Source: Eledone cirrhosa
Lineage: Eukaryota
NCBI GenBank assembly: GCA_964016885.1
Contig: OZ024740.1
Location: 4,402,001 to 4,466,000, forward strand
Reading direction: 5' to 3'
Length of the DNA stretch: 64,000 nt
Both the position numbers and the translations under genes were made by a program. Below are positions 53,535 through 64,000 of the stretch, piece after piece. Every line of letters starts with the position of its first letter. The stretch's first letter is position 1. The notes under the pieces were generated by a model, which saw nothing but the letters and a program-made list of their open reading frames with translations, had not been told where the DNA came from and searched no databases.

Positions 53535-53685
53535 CCTATCATCTCATTTCTACAGCTGAGTAAACTGGAGCAATGTGAAATAAAGTGTCTTGCTCAAGGA
53601 AACAACACATCACTCGGTCTGAGAATTGAACTCACAACCTTTCGATTGCAAGGCCAATGCTCTAACCACTAAGCCATGTGCCTCC
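53535..53685 (-). mobile_element. tRNA-headed SINE family 2
   Basis: Minus strand: GGAGGCACATGGCTTAGTGGTTAGAGCATTGG (A-box)..GAGTTCAATTCTC (B-box)..TCCTTGAGCAAGACACTTTATTTCAC core. Confidence 0.8.
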
Positions 53686-53716
<31 letters not shown>

Positions 53717-53825
53717 AGCCATGAACCATATACGGATATGTATATATACTTTTTATATATATATATATATATATATATCCGTATATGGTTGATGGCTGAG
53801 AGAAAGAAATACTCAATACTGAGAC

Positions 53826-53909
53826 TAAGGCTAAGAAGTGAGTCTTGTTACACTGGAGTTTCGCTTGTTTATCACAAGGTCATCAGACAAGACTCACTTT
53901 TTAGCCTTA
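53826..53909 (-). ncRNA. Hammerhead ribozyme with a 23 bp stem I
   Basis: Minus strand: TAAGGCTAAAAAGTGAGTCTTGT CTGATGA CCTTG TGATAAA CAAGC GAAA CTCCAGTGT A ACAAGACTCACTTCTTAGCCTTA. Confidence 0.75.
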
Positions 53910-53919
53910 ATATAAATGA

Positions 53920-53954
<35 letters not shown>

Positions 53955-54421
53955 CATACATATATAAATGCCAATTTCTGTCTCTTTGTGAATTTGTTTG
54001 TGAACCTAAAACTCAAAAACTACCAAACCGATCTTGATGAAACTTGACACGTGTGTGGGGCTCATGCCCATTTGATTTCTTACGTATATTTCATTTTAAT
54101 CAAAGGGTTCCCCGGGGGCTTAAACCCCTGCTGAAAACTTTTTCCCTTCGATTTATATGAAATTTAAACCATAGTAAATGACAAGATATGATGCCTATTC
54201 ACAAAAGTTTTGAATTGATATTTTGGAAAAAATTATTTACAAGAAACAAAATAAGAATAAGATTTAATAATGTAATTTTGATTTGATATATTGCAATAAA
54301 TAATGTTTTCCAATTTTTCATGCATTACATTTTATATTGAGTAATATTGATTTAAAATCAAACATCATTTTCTTACAAAAATAATGTGTGAAACTCAGCA
54401 AGGCGCGGGTAATTCGGCTAG
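53955..54421 (+). mobile_element. Non-autonomous Helitron
   Basis: 5' ATATATAAA..(TGTC/TTTG)..ACTCAAAAACTACCAAACCGATCTTGATGAAA; 3' GC-rich imperfect hairpin then CTAG|T terminus at 54418-54421. Confidence 0.65.
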
Positions 54422-54991
54422 TATATATATATAAATATATATATATATATACATCATATTACACAAAAGCCCCTACTCTACTTATACAATAAGTTTTGTA
54501 TGTTAAGAAGACCCCTATAGCAATCCTCCTATTGGCTTCACATCAAGGGAAATTACTCTGTTACTTTCAGTATTTTCTCACTTCAAGCACAATTTGATTT
54601 CACTCCCAACTTGCTGGTGGAATGTTTCTTATCAACCTCACCCTACCCTCATATATATATGAAAAGTAGAAAATCTTTAATCTACTGAGATTATCCTCAC
54701 ATTTTCAAGACCGAAACTGCTTTTAGGGATTATTAAAGTCCAGAAAAGAAAATAAGGGAGGGAACTCTTACACGACATCATAGAATAAATATATAAATAT
54801 TGTAAATATACACCATAAAGAAGATGCCAGTTTGAAGTTAGACTGTCCCTTGAGGCTTATAGGCCATAGATTACCCCGGGTTTAGAAGTATTAAGTAGCT
54901 ATGAATACAAAACTCTCCCCTAAATGGGATGTAAGTCTAACATTGCAAGGTTAAACAGCCAGTGTCCTTGGCCCTAGGACCACCTCCCTAT

Positions 54992-57900
54992 ACCATAATG
55001 ACACTGTCACCACCACCACTACCACAATGACACTGTCACCACCACCACTACCACAATGACACTGTCACCACCACCACTACCACAATGACACTGTCACCAC
55101 CACCACTACGACAATGACACTGTCACCACCACCACCACCTCCATAATGACACTGTCACCACCACCACTACCACAATGACACTGTCACCACCGCCACTACC
55201 ACAATGACACTGTCACGACCACCACTACCACAATGACACTGTCACCACCATCACTACCACAATGACACTGTCACCACCGCCACTACCACAATGACACTGT
55301 CACGACCACCACTACCACAATGACACTGTCACCACCACCACCACCACAATGACACTGTCACCACCACCACCACCATATTGACACTGTCACCACCACCACC
55401 ACCACCATATTGACTGTCACCACCACCACTACCACAATGACACTGTCACCACCATCACTACCACAATGACACTGTCACCACCACCACCACCACCATATTG
55501 ACTGTCACCACCACCACTACCACAATGACACTGTCACCACCACCACTACCACAATGACACTGTCACCACCACCACTACCATAATGACACTGTCACCAACA
55601 CCACTACCACAATGACACTGTCACCACCACCACTACCACAATGACACTGTCACCACCACCACTACCACAATGACACTGTCACCACCACCACTACCATAAT
55701 GACACTGTCACCCCCACCACTACCACAATGACACTGTCACCAACACCACTACCACAATGACACTGTCACCACCACCACTACCACAATGACACTGTCACCA
55801 CCACCACTCCCACAATGACACTGTCACGACCACCACTACCATAATGACACTGTCACCCCCACCACTACCACAATGACACTGTCACCACCACCACTACCAT
55901 AATGACACTGTCACCACCGCCACTACCACAATGACACTGTCACCACCACCACTACCATAATGACACTGTCACCACCACCACTACCACAATGACACTGTCA
56001 CCACCACCACTACCACAATGACAATCTCACCACCACCACTACCATAATGACACTGTCACCACCATCACTACCACAATGACACTGTCACCACCACCACTAC
56101 CACAATGACACTGTCACCACCGCCACTACCACAATGACACTGTCACCACCACCACTACCATAATGACACTGTCACCACCACCACTACCACAATGACACTG
56201 TCACCACCACCACTACCATAATGACACTGTCACCACCACCACTACCACAATGACACTGTCACCACCACCACTACCACAATGACACTGTCACCACCACCAC
56301 TACCACAATGACACTGTCACCACCACCACTACCACAATGACACTGTCACCACCACCACTACCACAATGACACTGTCACCACCACCACTACCACAATGACA
56401 CTTTCACCACCACCACTACGACAATGACACTGTCACCACCACCACCACCTCCATAATGACACTGTCACCACCACCACTACCACAATGACACTGTCACCAC
56501 CGCCACTACCACAATGACACTGTCACGACCACCACTACCACAATGACACTGTCACCACCATCACTACCACAATGACACTGTCACCACCGCCACTACCACA
56601 ATGACACTGTCACGACCACCACTACCACAATGACACTGTCACCACCACCACCACCACAATGACACTGTCACCACCACCACCACCATATTGACTGTCACCA
56701 CCACCACTACCACAATGACACTGTCACCACCACCACTACCACAATGACACTGTCACCACCACCACTACCACAATGACACTGTCACCACCACCACTACCAC
56801 AATGACACTGTCACCACCACCACTACCACAATGACACTGTCACCACCACCACTACCACAATGACACTGTCACCACCACCACTACGACAATGACACTGTCA
56901 CCACCACCACCACCTCCATAATGACACTGTCACCACCACCACTACCACAATGACACTGTCACCACCGCCACTACCACAATGACACTGTCACCACCACCAC
57001 TACCACAATAACACTGTCACCACCACCACTCCCATAATGACACTGTCACGACCACCACTACCATAATGACACTGTCACCCCCACCACTACCACAATGACA
57101 CTGTCACCACCACCACTACCACAATGACACTGTCACCACCACCACTACCACAATGACACTGTCACGACCATCACTACCACAATGACACTGTCACCACCAC
57201 CACTACCACAATGACACTGTCACCACCACCACTACCACAATGACACTGTCACCACCACCACTACCACAATGACACTGTCACCACCACCACTACCACAATG
57301 ACACTGTCACCACCACCACTACCACAATGACACTGTCACCACCACCACTACCACAATGACACTGTCACCACCACCACTACCATAATGACACTGTCACCAC
57401 CGCCACTACCACAATGACACTGTCACCACCACCACTACCATAATGACACTGTCACCACCACCACTACCACAATGACACTGTCACGACCACCACTACCACA
57501 ATGACACTGTCACCACCACCACTACCACAATGACACTGTCACCACCACCACTATATTGACTGTCACCACCACCACTCCCACAATGACACTGTCACCACCG
57601 CCACTACCACAATGACACTGTCACCACCACCACTACCACAATGACACTGTCACCACCACCACTACCACAACGACACTGTCACCACCACCACTCCCACAAT
57701 GACACTGTCACGACCACCACTACCATAATGACACTGTCACCCCCACCACTACCACAACGACACTGTCACCACCACCACTCCCACAATGACACTGTCACCA
57801 CCACCACTACCACAATGACACTGTCACCACCATCACTACCATATTGACACTGTCACCACCACCACCACCACCACTATATTGACTGTCACCACCACCACTC

Positions 57901-60900
57901 CCACAATGACACTGTCACCACCGCCACTACCACAATGACACTGTCACCACCACCACTACCACAATGACACTGTCACCACCATCACTACCATATTGACACT
58001 GTCACCACCACCACTACCACAATGACACTGTCACCACCACCACTACCATATTGACACTGTCACCACCACCACTACCACAATGACACTGTCACCACCACCA
58101 CTACCATATTGACACTGTCACCCCCACCACTACCACAATGACACTGTCACCACCACCACTACCACAATGACACTGTCACCACCACCACTACCATATTGAC
58201 ACTGTCACCCCCACCACTACCACAATGACACTGTCACCACCACCACTACCACAATGACACTGTCACCACCACCACTACCACAATGACACTGTCACCAACA
58301 CCACTACCACAATGACACTGTCACCACCACCACTACCACAATGACACTGTCACCACCACCACTACCACAATGACACTGTCACCACCGCCACTACCACAAT
58401 GACACTGTCACCACCACCACTACCACAATGACACTGTCACCACCGCCACTACCACAATGACACTGTCACCACCACCACTACCACAATGACAGTCACCACC
58501 ACCACTACCACAATGACACTGTCACCAACACCACTACCACAATGACACTGTCACCACCACCACTCCCACAATGACAGTCACCACCACCACTACCACAATG
58601 ACATTGTCACCAACACCACTACCACAATGACACTGTCACCACCACCACTACCACAATGACACTGTCACCACCACCACTCCCACAATGACAGTCACCACCA
58701 CCACTACCACAATGACACTGTCACCAACACCACTACCACAATGACACTGTCACCACCACCACTACCACAAAAACACTGTCACCACCACCACTACCACAAT
58801 GACACTGTCACCACCACCACTACCACAATGACACTGTCACCACCACCACTACCACAATGACACTGTCACCACCACCACTACCACAATGACACTGTCACCA
58901 ACACCACTACCACAATGACACTGTCACCACCACCACTACCACAATGACACTGTCACCACCACCACTACCACAATGACACTCTCACCACCGCCACTACCAC
59001 AATGACACTGTCACCACCACCACTACCACAATGACACTGTCACCACCGCCACTACCACAATGACACTGTCACCACCACCACTACCACAATGACAGTCACC
59101 ACCACCACTACCACAATGACACTGTCACCAACACCACTACCACAATGACACTGTCACCACCACAACTCCCACAATGACAGTCACCACCACCACTACCACA
59201 ATGACACTGTCACCAACACCACTACCACAATGACACTGTCACCAACACCACTACCACAATGACACTGTCACCACCACCACTACCACAATGACACTGTCAC
59301 CACCACCACTACCACAATGACACTGTCACCACCGCCACTACCACAATGACACTGTCACCACCACCACTACCACAATGACACTGTCACCACCACCACTCCC
59401 ACAATGACACTGTCACCACCACCACTACCACAATGACACTGTCACCACCACCACTACCACAATGACACTGTCACCAACACCACTACCATAATGACACTGT
59501 CACCACCACCACTACCACAATGACACTGTCACCACCACCTCTACCACAATGACACTGTCACCACCACCACTACCACAATGACACTGTCACCACCACCTCT
59601 ACCACAATGACACTGTCACCACCACCACTACCACAATGACACTGTCACCACCACCTCTACCACAATGACACTGTCACCACCATCACTACCACAATGACAC
59701 TGTCACCACCACCACTACTACAATGACACTGTCACCACCACCACTACCACAATGACACTGTCACCACCACCCTACCACAATGACACTGTCACCACCACCA
59801 CTACCACAATGACACTGTCACCACCACCACTACCACAATAACACTGTCACCACCACCACTACCACAATGACACTGTCACCACCACCACTACCACAATGAC
59901 ACTGTCACCACCACCACTACCACAATGACACTGTCACCACCACCACTACCACAATGACACTGTCACCACCACCACTACCACAATAACACTGTCACCACCA
60001 CCACTACCACAATGACACTGTCACCACCACCACTACCACAATGACACTGTCACCACCACCACTACCACAATGACACTGTCACCACCACCACTACCACAAT
60101 GACACTGTCACCACCACCACTACCACAATGACACTGTCACCACCACCACTACCACAATAACACTGTCACCACCACCACTACCACAATGACACTGTCACCA
60201 CCACCACTACCACAATGACACTGTCACCACCACCACTACCACAATGACACTGTCACCACCACCACTACCACAATGACACTGTCACCAACACCACTACCAC
60301 AATGACACTGTCACCACCACCACTACCACAATGACACTGTCACCACCACCACTACCACAATGACACTGTCACCACCGCCACTACCACATTGACACTGTCA
60401 CCACCACCACTACCACAATGACACTGTCACCACCACCACTACCACAATGACACTGTCACCACCGCCACTACCACAATGACACTGTCACCACCACCACTAC
60501 CATAATGACACTGTCACCACCACCTCTACCATAATGACACTGTCACCAACACCACTACCACAATGACACTGTCACCACCACCACTACCACAATGACACTG
60601 TCACCACCACCACTACCATAATGACACTCTCACCACCACCACTACCATATTGACTGTCACCACCACCACTCCCACAATGACACTGTCACCACCACCACTA
60701 CCACAATGACACTGTCACCACCACCACTACCATATTGACTGTGACCACCACCACTACCACAATGACACTGTCACCACCACCGCTACCACATTGACACTGT
60801 CAACACCACTACCACTACCACAATGACACTGTCACCACCACCACTACCACAATGACACTGTCACCACCACCACTACCATATTGACTGTGACCACCACCAC

Positions 60901-63900
60901 TACCACAATGACACTGTCACCACCACCGCTACCACATTGACACTGTCAACACCACTACCACTACCACAATGACACTGTCACCACCACCACTACCACAATG
61001 ACACTGTCAACACCACCGCTACCACAATGACACTGTCAACACCACTACCACTACCACAATGACACTGTCACCACCACCACTACCATAATGACACTGTCAC
61101 CACCACCACTACCACAATGACACTGTCACCACCACCACCACTACCATAATGACACTGTCACCACCACCTCTACCATAATGACACTGTCACCAACACCACT
61201 ACCACAATGACACTGTCACCACCACCACTACCACAATGACACTGTCACCACCACCACTACCATAATGACACTCTCACCACCACCACTACCATATTGACTG
61301 TCACCACCACCACTCCCACAATGACACTGTCACCACCACCACTACCACAATGACACTGTCACCACCACCACTACCATATTGACTGTGACCACCACCACTA
61401 CCACAATGACACTGTCACCACCACCGCTACCACATTGACACTGTCAACACCACTACCACTACCACAATGACACTGTCACCACCACCACTACCACAATGAC
61501 ACTGTCACCACCACCACTACCATATTGACTGTGACCACCACCACTACCACAATGACACTGTCACCACCACCGCTACCACATTGACACTGTCAACACCACT
61601 ACCACTACCACAATGACACTGTCACCACCACCACTACCACAATGACACTGTCAACACCACCGCTACCACAATGACACTGTCAACACCACCACCACTACCA
61701 CAATGACACTGTCACCAACACCACTACCATAATGACACTGTCACCACCACCACTACCATAATGACACTGTCACTACCGCCACTACCACAATGACACTGTC
61801 ACCACCACCACTCCCACAATGACACTGTCACCACCACCACTACCACAATGACACTGTCACCAACACCACTACCATAATGACACTGTCACCACCACCACTA
61901 CCACAATGACACTGTCACCACCACCACCACTACCACAATGACACTGTCACCACCACCGCCACTACCATAATGACACTGTTACCACCACCACTACCACAAT
62001 GACACTGTCACCACCACCACTACCATAATGACACTGTCACCACCACCACCACTACTACAATGACACTGTCACCACCACCACTACCACAATGACACTGTCA
62101 CCACCACCACTACCACAATGACACTGTCACCACCACCACTACCATATTGACACTCTCACCACCACCACTACCATAATGACACTGTCACCACCACCACTAC
62201 CACAATGACACTGTCACCACCACCACTACCACAATGACACTGTCACCACCACCACTCCCACAATGACACTGTCACCACCACCACTACCACAATGACACTG
62301 TCACCAACACCACTACCATAATGACACTGTCACCACCACCACTACCTCAATGACACTGTCACCACCACCACTACCACAATGACACTGTCACCACCACCAC
62401 TACCATAATGACACTGTCACCACCACCACTACCTCAATGACACTGTCGCCACCACCACTACCACAATGACACTGTCACCACCACCACTACCACAATGACA
62501 CTGTCACCACCACCACTACCACAATAACACTGTCGCCACCACCACTACCATAATGACACTGTCACCACCACCACTACCTCAATGACACTGTCACCACCAC
62601 CACTACCACAATGACACTGTCACCACCACCACTCCCACAATGACACTGTCACCACCACCACTACCACAATGACACTGTCACCAACACCACTACCATAATG
62701 ACACTGTCACCACCACCACTACCTCAATGACACTGTCACCACCACCACTACCACAATGACACTGTCACCACCACCACTACCATAATGACACTGTCACCAC
62801 CACCACTACCTCAATGACACTGTCACCACCACCACTACCACAATGACACTGTCACCACCACCACTACCACAATGACACTGTCACCACCACCACTACCTCA
62901 ATGACACTGTCGCCACCACCACTACCACAATGACACTGTCACCACCACCACTACCACAATGACACTGTCACCACCACCACTACCACAATGACACTGTCAC
63001 CACCACCACCACCTCCATAATGACACTGTCACCACCACCACTACCACAATGACACTGTCACCACCACCACTACCACAATAACACTGTCACCAACACCACT
63101 ACCATAATGACACTGTCACCACCACCACTACCTCAATGACACTGTCACCACCACCACTACCACAATGACACTGTCACCACCACCACTACCATAATGACAC
63201 TGTCACCACCACCACTACCTCAATGACACTGTCGCCACCACCACTACCACAATGACACTGTCACCACCACCACTACCACAATGACACTGTCACCACCACC
63301 ACTACCACAATGACACTGTCACCACCACCACCACCTCCATAATGACACTGTCACCACCACCACTACCACAATGACACTGTCACCACCGCCACTACCACAA
63401 TGACACTGTCACCAACACCACTACCATAATGACACTGTCACCACCACCACTACCTCAATGACACTGTCACCACCACCACTACCACAATGACACTGTCACC
63501 ACCACCACTACCATAATGACACTGTCACCACCACCACTACCTCAATGACACTGTCGCCACCACCACTACCACAATGACACTGTCACCACCACCACTACCA
63601 CAATGACACTGTCACCACCACCACTACCACAATAACACTGTCACCACCACCACTCCCACAATGACACTGTCACCACCACCATCACTACCACAATGACACT
63701 GTCACCACCACCACTACCACAATGACACTGTCACCACCACCACTACCATAATGACACTCTCACCACCACCACTACCATATTGACTGTCACCACCACCACT
63801 CCCACAATGACACTGTCACCACCACCACTACCACAATGACACTGTCACCACCACCACTACCATATTGACTGTGACCACCACCACTACCACAATGACACTG

Positions 63901-64000
63901 TCACCACCACCGCTACCACATTGACACTGTCAACACCACTACCACTACCACAATGACACTGTCACCACCACCACTACCACAATGATACTGTCAACACCAC
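54992..64000. repeat. Tandem satellite, 29 bp unit (ACAATGACACTGTCACCACCACCACTACC), ~310 copies, runs off the window end
   Basis: Period 29 between 55021 and 55050. Confidence 0.98.

Noticed and set aside
53610-53685. tRNA gene
   Set aside because: A/B boxes belong to a SINE head; no complete cloverleaf.
57641-57847. His/Thr/Pro ORF in the 29 bp satellite
   Set aside because: Chance loss of stop codons in a few monomers.
54992-64000. Telomeric repeat
   Set aside because: 29 bp complex unit, not (TTAGGG)n-like.

Overview
AT-rich, repeat-dominated eukaryotic DNA with no confidently identifiable host gene. The SINE, RTE-(CAT)n and (TA)n repertoire suggests an invertebrate, probably a cephalopod/octopus (inference). 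About 45% of the window is tandem satellite: ~46 bp unit at 1-4928, 55 bp unit at 17982-31837, 29 bp unit at 54992-64000, plus smaller arrays. The rest is decayed retroelements: two head-to-head Penelope-like elements (PLEs; RT plus C-terminal GIY-YIG, with inverted and tandem pseudo-LTRs), two RTE LINEs carrying a PHD-like finger inside the RT, a nested CR1 / R4-Dong / SINE / Tx1 stack, tRNA-derived SINEs, mariner MITEs and a Helitron. The most striking observation is about a dozen minimal type-I hammerhead-ribozyme motifs from about eight unrelated sequence families. They lie in the PLE pseudo-LTRs and in short non-coding units (direct-repeat or palindromic) bounded by (TA)n microsatellites. 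This suggests a diverse population of (TA)n-targeting, ribozyme-bearing non-autonomous elements mobilised by PLEs. All calls come from manual reading; boundaries are approximate and no database searches were run.
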